A DNA stretch of 64,000 bases from the human T2T-CHM13v2.0 reference genome, Homo sapiens. Where the stretch lies: NCBI RefSeq assembly GCF_009914755.1, contig NC_060932.1; one strand, given 5' to 3'. The position numbers were made by a program, and so were the translations under genes. Each line of letters begins with the position of its first letter. Position 1 is the first letter of the stretch. Under the pieces are notes generated by a model. It did not search any database. It had not been told where the DNA came from and saw only the letters and a program-made list of their open reading frames with translations. Below, one piece after another: positions 24,135 through 54,065 of this stretch.

Positions 24135-25357
24135 TGATTCACTCTCCTCAGCCTCCCAGTGTTGGGATTACAGGCGTGAGCCACCGCACCTGGCAGGTTT
24201 TTGTTTTAAATTGAATTATTTGCTAAATTAAAAATCAGGAGATGACACACAAAAATCCCTATATCCAAAGTCACTTAAAATTTTTGGAGATCATGTCGCC
24301 CACATTCCCATCTGTCAACAGCTGTCCCTTTCTAATGGAATTTACACTCCCAGTTGGTCCCTGTCTCTGTGCTTTCATACCAGGCCACCCTCATTTACTG
24401 TGTCCTATACCTGGCCCTTGTAGGCATATGACTTTGACACTAATCTTGTATTTCCTGTCCTGGATTATTGCCTAAAATAATCACTCAAAACTCCATGTTT
24501 ATGGCAAAACAGTCTTATTTAAGTACACATAAGTTATAAAATGTCAAAAACTAAAGTCCCCTACTATGTGTTACATTTCATTTTATCTAGTTACTTAAGG
24601 TTACAATATCAAATATTTTAACCTTTCATATTAATAATTAACCCATGAATTATACAAGTTGTAACTGATTTGCCGTTATTCTAAATTTTATTTCTAGATG
24701 CTGCTGCCTGTTTCCTATTAGTGACAACCCACCTCCTAATCACGTCCTGCTTCAAACAAGGTAACATTACAGGACAGCCTCCGAAACAATAACTGTTTGA
24801 ATATCCTTAATCTTCGGCAACTTCAATAACTCCCCCAAATATATGTAATCAGAGAATTAACTTTTACAACTTTTGGTTATTGTTTGCTTGAACCATAAAG
24901 CAGAGCTCTTTCTGGGTGTTTGGTTCTGATGCATTTTAGTTAGTTTTTAATTTTTTATTATTACAACTCTAATTTTCTCACACAATTATCTACTTCTAAT
25001 AGGTTTTCATTTAAAAAGGCATGTAACTGATGCCTAATTTTATACTGCTGGCCTATTTGCTTTGTTTTAGCCAGAGTTTGGCAGACTTTGTAGACAAAAT
25101 GAAACGTTGCTCTAAAACTTTTAACACTTAAATAATCATAATACACTCGATTTTTGCTCTGCCGAAAATCTTCCCACTAATGCTCTAATGCAATTGATTG
25201 GTGGAAAACAATATACACAGTTTTTTTTCTCAAAGGGATTTGGAAGTCACTCAAAATTAATTCCCCACTGATGAGCAGAGAAGAATCTCTCAAGAAGAAT
25301 TCCTCAAAAGCACGTGGAAAATTTTCATGACCTCTGCAGAGTGTAAGACAGTATTTA

Positions 25358-25537
<180 letters not shown>

Positions 25538-25720
25538 TCAGGAGGTTGAGGCAGGAGAATTGCTTGAACCTGGGAGGCGAAGGTTGCAGTGAACTGAGAT
25601 TATGGCACTGCGCTCCAGCCTGGATAACAGAGCAAGACTCTATCTGAAAAAATAAATAAATAAAAAGTAATTGAATATTATTGAACTTACTTTGAAACAG
25701 ACTATGTACCCATAATCTAG

Positions 25721-26062
<342 letters not shown>

Positions 26063-26258
26063 TGACCTCAGGTGATCTGCCCACCTCAAGCCTTCTGAAG
26101 TCCTGGGATTACAGACATGAGCCACTGCACCCAGGCCCTTTCTCCTGCTTTTCTCATGTAGGTTACCTGCTTTGCCCCTAAAGCATTTCAGTTTCCAGCC
26201 TCTGAAACAGTAACAACCTGAGATGCTGTAGACAGGAATGTATCAGCTTAGTGATTCA

Positions 26259-26720
<462 letters not shown>

Positions 26721-27119
26721 TCACCCACCACAATAGGCACCTTTCCACTGAGTGCACAAAGTGAAAGACCCCACTGCGCAAGCCTGGGACAAGAGGGGTT
26801 TAGAGCTTTTGAAAAGCATTTGATGATTCTCTATTTTACGGGAAAAGCTCTCTTTCCAGAGGCAATCAAGATGGATAGTTTGCCTGTTAATCAAAAGACT
26901 TGCTTACAGCATGGAGTTTTTGGGGAAAAAAAAATAAAAGACACATAGATATACCAGATACATTTTATTTTAACTCAAAACATAAAAGCATGTATAACAT
27001 ATAAACACCAGTCTTTAAATGTAGAGCGAAATCTTTTCTTTTAGCATGGATCAATAGGTTGCAATTATGAGCTGTCTTTCCTGCGTAAGCCAGACCCATG
27101 ATGCCCTTGATAAGGCAAT

Positions 27120-27345
27120 CAGATGGCAGGCATTCCTCTTACTCAGACTTTTTGTTCTATTCAGGCCATCAACTGATTGGATGAGACTCACCCATACTGG
27201 GGAGGGTAATTGGCTTTACCCAGTCTACCAATTCAAACGTAAATCTCAACCAGAAACATCCTCACAGATACACCCAGGATGATGTTTGATCAAATATCTA
27301 AATACCCTATGTCCAAGTCAACTGGCACATAAAATTAATCATCAC
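27120..27345. mobile_element. MLT2 (ERVL) LTR fragment
   Basis: 'ttttgttctattcaggcc.tcaactgattggatgag...cataaaattaatcatcaca' is the typical MLT2 terminus. Confidence 0.85.
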
Positions 27346-27349
27346 AGTT

Positions 27350-31030
<3,681 letters not shown>

Positions 31031-31094
31031 GTAGGGGTAGAAATAAAGTCATGGAGAAGAATTGATTTTTGCCAACTCCTTGTATCCACAGACA

Positions 31095-32442
<1,348 letters not shown>

Positions 32443-33698
32443 GGAACACATCCATGCAAAAAGCCCAAGGTGAGACAGACCATTGCCAATACCCTAGAGG
32501 GCCCCTTGATGCCCCCTTCCCAGTCATGGCCAATCTCATGGGCCACCACTATCCTGACTTTGCGGGGTGTCCTACTGAGGTAAAAATATTTTATTCAGGA
32601 ACATTTTAAATACAATTTGAATGTTTATAATGTTCTTAAATACCACAGCAACAAATAAAAACAAACTATAATAAGCAATGAATACTTACAATTTATTACC
32701 AACTGTATCTAAATTATATTTCTGTTGCTTTTAATTCTATTTTTGAGAATGTCTTATTTCTTTTATGATTTAGTTTCTTTTTTCTATTTTTATCATCTTT
32801 TTATAAAAGATTCTTTTATTCATCAGTCTATGTTTAAGATCGCTGCTTTTCACTTTGGTTGCTATATACATGCACTATCGGTCACACTAATTGCACAACC
32901 TCTGTGCAACAAATGAATGCCCAGGCCCAGAGGGTCATTGAGACTCTATAGGGCAAGGAAGACCAACTAGCTTTGAGCTCTTCCTCAGAACCTGGGAACA
33001 TACGACCTAGTGGACATCACTCTGTTCCTAGTCCTCACCTACATGCACATTTTAGAAAGAGGAGTCATTAACAGATCACAGTGGCCATTTACACTGTCAC
33101 ATTTCCATTCACTGCAGCCTCAACCTCCTGGGCTCAGGTGACTCTCCCACCTCAGCCACCCGTGTAGCTGGGACTACAGGCAAATGCCACCACAGCCTGC
33201 TAAGTTTTTTGTATTTTTTGTAGACATGGGGTTTCGCCACGTTGCCCAGTCTGGTCTCGAACTTGTGGGCTCAAGCAATCTGCCTGCCTCAGGCTCCCAA
33301 AGTGCTGGGATTACAGGCGTGAGCCTCCACATCCAACTGTCCTCCATTTTTCTATAAGCTGTAACACATTATCAATTTTATTGACTTTGAGCCCTTGATT
33401 TGCATGCAAAGTAGTTTGTGCAGTCTCCAGTGCACAAACTACTGGTCAGGAGTTCTTTGAAAGTTCTTTACTCTGCATGGAGTACCTCAATTGCTCATGA
33501 AACCATTCTCTGGGTTCCTATGATGTCCCTGTCACTTATTTGCACATTCATGGCAACTATTACACTTGATATTTTGCTACTAGGCTTTGCATCCTTTCCA
33601 GTTCCTTTTGTAATCTTGTCATTTTTTTCTCTGAAGCCATTGTCAAATGTACTTGTAAACATACTTTAAAATCTTACTGTGCCAGGCGTGGTGGTTCA

Positions 33699-33980
<282 letters not shown>

Positions 33981-35211
33981 TTACTGGTTATTAACCTCAA
34001 AGGAGAACACCATTGCCCACTTTTCTTTTCTTTCTTTCTTTTCTTTTTTTTTTTTTGAGACAGAGTCTCAATCTGTCGCCCAGGCTGGAGTGCAGTGGTG
34101 CGATCTCGGCTCACTGCAACCTCCGCCTCCCGGGTTCAAGCAATTCTTTGCCTCAGCCTCCTGAGCAGCTGGGACTATAGGTGCCAACCACCATGCCCGG
34201 CTAATTTTTTATATTTTTAGTAGAGATGGGGTTTCACCACCTTGGCTAGGCTGGTCTTGAACTCCTGACCTTGTGATTCACCCTCCTCGGCCTCCCAAAG
34301 TGCTGAGATTACAAGCATGAGCCACCTCGCCTGGCCCCACTGCCCCCTTTTCTCAACTATAGGATAATAAAGTACTTAAGCTTTTAGAAAAATATCATAT
34401 GCTAAAAACCAAGCTTATGCCTAAGTGGTTATTTGGTTTCTGGAAGGACTGTATGGTGTCAACATAGGGAGGGGCATGAGCTAGTGGTAGAGATTGGGGA
34501 GGCATTGCCATGGGCCTGCTCTGCATCCCAGAAGCATAACGATAATTATGCCTCTCAAACAAGCTATGCAAATTGTAAAATATAAGTCATGGTAATCTTT
34601 GCTTTGAGAAAACATAAAAATATCCCACTTTTCATCTAGACAAAATTTTAAAACAAAGAAAAACTAGGGACATTACTGAGCATCTCACCTAAAATGATAG
34701 TGAACCTGGCATTGTTCTACAGTTGGTGTTTTGCCTGCTCCCCATGTGGTCTCATTTGTTTTTGTCAACAACTGCACAGTTTTGCAAGGCTTGGTGCACA
34801 CAGTTTTTTGCTATTGTTCTTTTTTAGTGTCTGATTTTTTCAACTGTTGTCGGTTATGTATACCTATGTGAGTTTTGTTTGTTTGGAACTGTCACTATTT
34901 TAAAACATTGTCAAAACAAAAGTCTTTTATTATCTTTTACAAAATGTGCTAATATTTCATTGTAAATCAAGGAACGACACCAATGATCGTAACGTGCAGT
35001 GAAGAGCTTTATCATTATTAATAATTAATCACATTTCATCTATTGGCCAGATTATGATTCAGCTTCCACTAGAATGATTTAGCTTCCACTTGGAAAGCTA
35101 TAGAAAGCTTGAAGTTCGGCCGGGCGCAGTGGCTGACGCCTGTAATCCCAGCACTTTGGGAGGCCGAGGTGGGCGGATCACGAGGTCAGGAGATTGAGAC
35201 CATCCTGGCTA

Positions 35212-35442
<231 letters not shown>

Positions 35443-35710
35443 TTATGTGATAAGCAGTATCAGTGCAAACTTACCTGCAAATTACAAAGCATCTTAGGTA
35501 AATTGCAAAGCTTTAAGGATACAATTTTGGTGGGATATGGACTTCAAAGTGAATGCAATATTCTGTTACTTATTGTTCTCTCCCACTTAAAAAAAAAATC
35601 AGTCGTGAAGAACTTCTGATGGAAAATTGCTTTGACAATTTTTAGGAAGCATTGACAAGTTTCAGAAAGCATGAAACAGTTGAAGTTTATTTTAAAACAT
35701 TGCAACTTGA

Positions 35711-35895
<185 letters not shown>

Positions 35896-36107
35896 TAGCG
35901 CCACTATGCCTAGCTAATTTTTGTATTTTTAGTAGAGACAGGGTTTCACCATGTTGGCCAGGTTGGTCTCAATCTCTTGACCTCGTGATCCACCTGCCTC
36001 GGCCTTTCAAAATGCTGGGATTACAGGCATGAGTCACCATGCCCAGCCTGATATTTGTGGTAAAACTTCTGCTAATAGATTACCTTCACTCATTCTAGAC
36101 AAGTTGA

Positions 36108-36538
<431 letters not shown>

Positions 36539-37147
36539 TGAATTGATTTCTATAAATATAGAAATTCACAATCACTGAAATGATAAAAACAGGATAGTTG
36601 CAGGACATCATAAATAAGATTATTTTCCTCGGCTTATTCAATGCTGCATTATAAGACTGATAGTACAAAGAAAAAACTTGGTTTATGCAAGATGACCACA
36701 GAAAATATCAACGACTACTTTTTTTTAAGAGGTCACAAGATGTTTTCTTATTATGTAATCTAATCGATACTGGACATCAATGCTACGAGATAGGTTGGGC
36801 AAGCATTTAGCATCCTTCATTATTTCCTTTTCCTTCTAGTTGATACATAATTACTGTACAAATTTATGGGTTCAGAGTGATATTGCAATACATGTATATA
36901 ATGTGTAACAATCAAATCAGGGTAATTAGCATGTAGATCACCTCAAATATTTATCATTTCTTTGTGTTGGGAATATTCAAAATCTCTTCTAGGTTTTTGA
37001 ACATATACACGAAATTATTGTTAACCAGCCATGCGTGGTGGTGCGTGCCATAGTTCCAGCTACTCGGGAAGCTGAGGCAGAAGACTAGCTTCAGCCCGAG
37101 AGTTGCTGGGCAACGCAGACCGTCTCCCTTTAAAGAAAAAAAAATTA

Positions 37148-37357
<210 letters not shown>

Positions 37358-37669
37358 TCATGCCTGTAATCCCAGTATTTTGGGAGGCTGAGGCCGGTGT
37401 ATGGCTTGAGCTCAGGAGTTCGAGACCAGCCTGGACAACATGGCAAAACCCCATCTCTACAAAAAATACAGACACACAAAAAATTAGCTGGGCATATCTG
37501 TGAGTGCCTGTAGTCCCAGCACTCAGGAGGCTGAGGCAAGAAGATCACTTGAGCCCAGGAGGTTTGTGCTGCAGTGAGCCATGATCACGCCACTGCACTC
37601 CATCCTAGGTGACAGAATGAGACCCTGTCTCAAATAAAATAAAATAATTTTTTTAATTTAAATTATTGG

Positions 37670-38570
37670 AGGTCTCTATTTGCAGGGCAGTGTGAGAGCA
37701 GAGTACTATCGGTGGCAGCGGGAGCACTTAGAAAGTTCCTTCCACTCTTTGACAAAGTATTGGTTGAAAGAAGTGTCACCGAAGCTGTAACCAAAGGGGG
37801 CATTATGCTTCCAGCAAAAATCTCAAGGAAAGGTATGGCAGTAGCTGTTGGATCAGGGTCTAAAGCAAAGGGCAAAGAAATTCAACCAGTTAGTGTGAAA
37901 GTTGAAGATAAAGTTTTCCCACAATATGAAGGCACGAAAGTAGTTCTAGATGACAAGGATTATTTTTTTTCCTTCCTTCCTTCCTTCCTCTTTTCCTCTT
38001 TCTTTTTCCTTTCTTCTCTTTTCTCTTTTCTTCTCTTCTCTCTTCCTTCCTTCCTTCCTTCCTTCCTTCCTTCCTTCCTTCCTTCCTTCCTTCCATTTGA
38101 CAGGGTCTTACTGTGTCACCCAGGCAGGAAGGAGTGCAGTGGCACAATCACAGCTCACTGCAGCCCTCAACCTCCCAGGCTCAAGCAATCCTCCCACCTC
38201 AGCCTCTCGAATACCTGGAACTACAGGTGCACACCACCACACCCAGCAAATTTTTGTATTTTTTGTAGAGATGGGGTTTCACCATGTTGTCCAGGCTGGT
38301 CTTCAACTCCTGGGCTCAAGCCACCCCCTTGGCTTCCCAAAGTGCTGGGATTACAGGTATCAGCCATCATGCTGGGCCCTGCCAAGAATTATTTCTTATT
38401 TAGAGATGGTGACATTCTTGGAAAATATGTAGACTGAAATAAATCACTCTTGAAATGCATCAACATGAAGCTGCCATTCCACTGAAGTTATGAAACCTTT
38501 CATCATGTAAGTAGTTTCCATGTCTGTCTTTTATAATAAACTAATGATAGCTAAAGTGAATAAATAAAAT
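37670..38570 (+). pseudogene. Processed pseudogene of HSPE1 (10 kDa chaperonin)
   Basis: Translation [60 protein letters not shown] [Alu] [15 protein letters not shown] matches HSPE1. It is intronless, has a 3' UTR with AATAAA (~38535) and an A-rich tail, and is flanked by the repeat aaattattg (37661 / 38571). The native ATG appears deleted. Confidence 0.96.
37966..38382 (-). mobile_element. AluJ-like insertion in the HSPE1 pseudogene, with a (TTCC)n-expanded tail
   Basis: TSD caaggattattt (37954-37965) / caagaattattt (38383-38394). Confidence 0.92.
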
Positions 38571-38880
38571 AAATTATTGTTAACCATACTCATCCTACAG
38601 TGCTATAGATCACTATAACTTATTCCTTTTCTCTATCTGGAATTTTGTACTTGTTAACCAATCTCTCCCTACCTTACCTTCTCCTTTACCCTTCCCATCC
38701 TCTAATAACAACAGTTCTGCTCTCTATTTCTATGGGCTCATTTTTTTTTTTTAGCTCCCACATAGGAGTGAGAACACATGGTATTTATCTTTCTGTGCCT
38801 GACTTATTTCACTTAACATAGTGTCCTCCAGCCTCATCCATGTGCAAATGACAGAATTTCATTCTTTTTTGTTGAGATGA

Positions 38881-38982
<102 letters not shown>

Positions 38983-39754
38983 TGAGTAGCTGAGATTACA
39001 GGCACGCGCCACCACACCTGGCTAATTTTTGTATTTTTAGTAGAGACGGGGTTTCATCATGTTGGTCAGGCTGGTCTCCAACTCCTGACCACGTGATCCG
39101 CCCACCTTGGCCTCCCAAAGTGCTGGGATTACAGGCATGAAGCACCACGCCGGGCCGAATTTCATTCTTTTTTATGGCTGAATAGTATTCTATTGTGTAT
39201 ATATACCACATTTTCTTTATCCATTTATCTGTTAATGGACATTTTTAGGTGGATTCCATATCTTGGCTATTGTGATAATGCTGCAATAAACATGGGGGTG
39301 GGCAGTGCAGATATCTCTTCAATAAACTGATTTCCTTTTCTCAAAGTCTACTTTTTTTTGTTTGTTTGTTTGTTTTGTTTTTTTTAGACAGGGTATTGCT
39401 CTGTTGCCTAGGCTGGAGTGCAGTGGTGTGATCTCAGCTCACTGCAGCCTTGACCTCCTGGGCTTAAGGGGTTGTTCTGCCTTAGCCTCCTGAATAGCTG
39501 GGACCACAGGTATGTACCAACACACGTGGTTAATTTTTGTATTTTTAGTAGAGACCGGGTTTTATCATGTTGCCCAGGCTAGTCTTGAATTCCTGGGCTC
39601 AAGCTATCCACCCACCTCGGTCTCCCGAAGTCCTGGGATTACAGGCATGAGCCACCACACCTGGCCAAGACACTCTTTGAAAGTAGTCTTTTGCCAGGCA
39701 TAGTGGCTCACACCTGAAATCCCAGCACTTCAGGAGGCCAAGGTGGGCAGATCA

Positions 39755-40054
<300 letters not shown>

Positions 40055-40536
40055 TTATATAATTATTTGCTGGAAATCAGAGTCAATATGAATAAGGCAC
40101 AAAATTATGCCCAAGATACTGCTGCTAACATGAGTGAAAAGTTAACAGAGTGTTGTAGTCAAGTGTATGTAAGAAAAGTCAAGACTGTTATTCTATGTGG
40201 TCTTGTCACACTCATCCTCTAAATTAGTCATATGAGGTCTAGAAGGAAATGAAAGAACATTACAATTTTCTAGTTTCAATTTTTTATATTCTACTTCTCC
40301 TGTACCTGTGAAGATACTGACAGTATAAAATAGTTTATAAGCCTGGGCAATTTGGTGAAACCCCATCTCTACAAAACCTTAAAAATAATTAGCTGGGGTG
40401 GTGGTGCACACCTGTAGTCCCAGATACTCAAGAGGCTGAGGCAGGATAGCTTGAGCCTGGAAGGTGGAGGTTGCAGTCAGCTGAGATCGCACCACTGCAC
40501 TCCAGACTGGGCAGCAGAGCAAGACTCTGTCTCAAA

Positions 40537-40634
40537 AAATAGAATAGAATAGAATAGAATAGAATAGAATAGAATAGAATAGAATAGAATAGAATAGAAT
40601 AGAATAGAATAGAATAATAGAACAGAATAGAATA
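40537..40634. repeat. (AATAG)n pentanucleotide microsatellite
   Basis: Long AATAG array grown from an Alu tail. Confidence 0.97.
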
Positions 40635-40999
40635 GGTTTATAAATGTAGTTGAAAGTGTAACATGCTAGAAGATGTGTAATTCTTTCTAAACCTATAGAA
40701 TTGGTCATCATAGTTCATTATATAGTTCACTACTGTGGAGAACTTCTAGAGATTATTCAAAGACTCCCAAGCTTTTGCAATCAGCTCTTTAATCACACAG
40801 GTAACTAGTGAATTGAGCAGTTTGCTGGAATAGATTTTCAAATTTTACTTTCTGCTTGCTTAAACTGTCTTTATCACATGAAAAGTAAGTATGTGGTTTG
40901 ATAATACACAATTGTTACTGTTGCTACTTAAAGATTTCTAAAATAGTTTACCATTGATGAAAATGAAATAAAGTATACTCTATTATTTTGAATAAAAAT

Positions 41000-44142
<3,143 letters not shown>

Positions 44143-44586
44143 GCATAATTGGAAATTACATCTTAGTTTTCATAATGTAAGTAAGAATCAAGATTGATTT
44201 TTGGAAATCTTTGGGTGGGAACACATGCACCCATTGATATCTACTTTCACCAATACTAAACATCTTTCATTTCCTCTCCTACCATCTAGGTTTTAGTACG
44301 TTTGATTTTGTTTTTTATTAGTGATTAGGGAATTTAAGCCCATTTTGTTTAGATGATCTTAGGTTGCTTTCATCTTTTTTAATTTAAATGAGTGAGTAGC
44401 AGTAAGGATAACTTTTAGGCCAGCTCATGCCTGCAATCCCAGCACTTTGGGAGGTCAAGGTGGGTGGATCGCTCGAACCCAGGAGTTCAAGATTAGTCTG
44501 GGCAATACAGTGAGATCTCTACAAAAAAAAAAAAAAAAAAAAGGAACTAGCCAAGCATGGTGGTGTGTGCCTGTAGTAGAGGCTGA

Positions 44587-44841
<255 letters not shown>

Positions 44842-45072
44842 TGATCTGCCCACCTGTGCCTCCGAAAGTGCTGGGATTATAGGTGTGAGCCACTGTGCCT
44901 GGCTTGATGTGGGAGGATCTCTTGAGCCCAGGAGTTCAAGGATGCTGTGAGCTGTGTTTGCACCACGGCACTCCAGCCTGGGTGACAGAGCTATATCCTG
45001 TCCCTAAATAAACTAATGAAAACTAAATATAAATTTTTTGAAGACCCTGTCTTATTAAAAACAAAAAGATAA

Positions 45073-45279
<207 letters not shown>

Positions 45280-45479
45280 TGACAACAGGCCCAGCTAGTT
45301 TTTATATTTTTAGTGGAGACAGGGTTTCACCATGTTGGCCAGGCTGGTCTCAAACTCCTGACCTCAGGTGATCTGCCCACCTCGGCCTCCCTAAGTGCCG
45401 GGATTACAGGCATGAGCCACCATGCCCAGCCAGGATTTAATGTTTCTAATTCTCCAATTTCCTTAATTGTCTGTCGCCA

Positions 45480-49690
<4,211 letters not shown>

Positions 49691-49932
49691 ATTAGAATTG
49701 TGTGCAGTACAAGATTACATGGGCTGTGAGTCAGGATCCAGTGGCTATGCTTGGCTTCTTTAGGGAAAAAATGCACAGATGCTTATAAAATCACAGGCAT
49801 CCCTCAGAGATATTGCAGGTTCAGTTCCAGACCACCACAATAAAGCAAATATTGTAGTAAAGTGAGTCACACAAATTTTTTTGTTTCCGAGTACATATAA
49901 AAGTTATGTTTACACTATACCATAACCTATTA

Positions 49933-50085
<153 letters not shown>

Positions 50086-50128
50086 TTAGCTGAGCATGGT
50101 GGCCTGCGCATGTGGTCCCAGCTACTCA

Positions 50129-50628
<500 letters not shown>

Positions 50629-50891
50629 TAAAAATGCTAATGATCATCTGAGCCTTCAGTGAGTTGTAATCTTTTCGTTGGGAAGGGTCTTGCCTTGATG
50701 TTGATGGCTGCTGACTGATTAGGGTGGTGGTTACTGAAGGTTGGGGTGGCTGGGGCAATTTCTTAAAATAAGACAACAATGAAGTCTGCCACATTGATTG
50801 ACTCTTCTTTTCACAAAGGATTTCTCTGTATCATTCGATGCTGGTAGATAGCATTTTACCCACGGTAGAACCTCTTTCAAAATTGGAGTCA

Positions 50892-51264
<373 letters not shown>

Positions 51265-52239
51265 TAGTAGAGACGGGGTTTCACCATGTTAGCCAGAATG
51301 GTCTCAATCTCCTGACCTCGTGATCCGCTCACCTCGGCTTCCCAAAGTGCTGGGATTACAGGTGTGAGCCACTGCGCCTGGCCCCTTTCCAAAAGGTTTT
51401 CAATTTACCTTCCCAGAGCCATCAGAGGAATCACTCTGTGGCAACTATAGCCTTATGAAATGTATTCTTTAAATAACAAGACTTGAAAATCAAAATTACT
51501 CTTTGACCCATGGATTCTCAGAATGGATGTTATGTTAGCAAGCATAGAGACAACATTAATTTCCTTGTATATCTTCACTAGAGCTCTTGAGCAGTAACAT
51601 TTTGAAAGGAATCTTTTTTCTTTTTTTTTTCTGAACAGTACATCTCAACAGTGGGCTTAAAATATTTAATAAACCATGCTGTAAACAGATATGCCATCAT
51701 GCAGGTTTTGTTCTTCCATTTATAGAGCACAGGCAGGGTAGATTTAGCATAATTCTTAGGGGCCCTGGAATTTTTAGAACAGTCAGTGAGCACCGGCTTC
51801 AAATTAAAATCACCAGTGGCATTAGCCCTTAATAAGAGAGTAAGCCTGTCCTTTGAAGCTTTAAAACCAGGCATTGCCTACTCTTCTGTAGCTATGAAAG
51901 TCCTAGATTGCCTCTTCTTCTAATAGAAGGCTGTTTTGTCTACACTGAAAACCTGTTGTTTAGTGTAGCCATCTTCATTAATGATCTTAGCTAGATCTTC
52001 TGGATAATTTGCTGCAGCTTCTCCATCAGCACTTGCTGCTTCACCTTGTACTTTTAGGTTATGGAGATGGCTCCTTTCTTTAAACCTCATGGACCAACCT
52101 CTGCTAGCTTCAAACATTTCTCCTGCAGATTCCTCACCTCTCAGCCTTCATAGAACTGAAGTGAGTTAAGGCCTTGATCTGGATTAGGTTTTGGCTTAAG
52201 GGAGTGTTGTGGCGAATTTAATCTTTTTTTTTTTTTTGA

Positions 52240-52341
<102 letters not shown>

Positions 52342-52344
52342 TGA

Positions 52345-52545
<201 letters not shown>

Positions 52546-52981
52546 TAACTTTCTCCATATCAGCAATAAGTCTGTTTAGTTTTATCACTCAGGTGTTCAC
52601 TGGAGTAGCACTTTTAATTTCCTTCAAGAACTTTCCCTTTGCATCCACAACTTGGTCAACTGTTTGGTATAACAGACTCGGCTTTCATCCTGCCTCAGCT
52701 TTCAATGTGCCGTCTTCACTAAGCCTAATCATTTCCAGCTTTTGATTTAAAATGAGAGACATGCAACTCTTCTTTTTTACTTCAACACTTACAGGACATT
52801 GTAGGATTATTAATTGACGTAATTTCAATATTGCTTTGTCTCAGTGAATAGGGAGGCCTATTCCTGAGACGGAAAAAGGACAGAGATGCAGAATGGCCGG
52901 TCAGTGGAGCAGTCAGAACACATATGTTATTAAGTTTTCCATCTTACATGGGCACAGTTTGTAGTGCCCCAAAACAATTAT

Positions 52982-53061
52982 TTAGGTTGGTGCAAAAATA
53001 ATTGCAGTTCTTGCTATTACTTTTAATGTCAAAAACTGCAATTACTTTTGCACCAACCTAA
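52982..53061. mobile_element. MADE1 (Hsmar1 MITE), 80-bp palindrome inside Tigger1
   Basis: ttaggttggtgcaaaaataattgcag...ctgcaattacttttgcaccaacctaa, inserted at a TA. Confidence 0.95.
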
Positions 53062-53957
53062 TACAATAGTAACATTAAAGATCACTGATCACAAATCACC
53101 ATAACAGATACAATAATGAGAAAATCTGAAATATGAGAATCACCAAAATGTGACACAGACATGAAGTGAGCACTTGCCGTTTGAAAAATGGTGCTGATAG
53201 ACTTGCTTAAAGCAGGTTGGGAGGCCGAGGTGGGCAGATCACCTGAGATCAGGAGTTCGAGACCAGTCTGGCCAACATGGTGAAATCCCATCTCTACAAA
53301 ACATGAACAAAAATTAGCTGAGCGACGTGGTGTGCACCTGTAATCCCACCTGCTCGGGAGAAGTGCAGTAAAGTGGCATGCCATAAAATGAGGTATACCT
53401 GTATTTTATTTTTTCATAGACATGTGTGGTTCAGTTTTTTTTTCTTAGCTGTGTTCCTGAGCAGCTGCAGATTGCTGAGCCTAGAGAAGTGAGAGGTTGT
53501 GAACTGGTAAACTTTTACTTTATTTTATTTTGAGACAGGTTCTTGCTCTTTTGCCCAGGTTGAGGTTCAGTGGTGCAATCATAGCTCACTGCAACCTCCA
53601 ACTCCTGGGCTCAAGAGACCCTCCAGCCTGAGCCTCTGGAGTAGCTGGCTTTACAGGTATTTGCCACCACACCTGGATAACATCTTAAAAATCTTTTTAG
53701 AGATGGGGTCTTGCTGTATTGCCCAGGCTGGAGTAATCTTTTATTTTAAAGCAGAGAAGTCTCAGCAGACAATTTTTTATTTTGGTAAACTTCAGAGACA
53801 GCTACTTAGTTCTTAGTCCCTGGTGCCATGGCAAGTGGGTACTCGAAAATTCTGAACCTTTTAATGTTGTTTTTTCAGGCGGGTTATCACATTGTATGCT
53901 TACCACTGACCAAGACTTTTTTTCTTTTTCTTTTTCTTTTTTTTTTTTTTTTTTTGA

Positions 53958-54065
<108 letters not shown>

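Noticed and set aside
37028-37140. Monomeric Alu-like unit as a BC200 or 7SL RNA gene
   Set aside because: It lacks the BC200 unique 3' domain and the 7SL S domain, and is best read as a decayed FLAM.
40537-40634. Regular short-repeat arrays as CRISPR-like or satellite structure
   Set aside because: Simple microsatellites derived from Alu tails in eukaryotic DNA, with no spacers.
51578-52117. Transposase-like ORFs as a domesticated TIGD gene
   Set aside because: They are short broken frames inside an ordinary Tigger1 with TIRs and multiple insertions.
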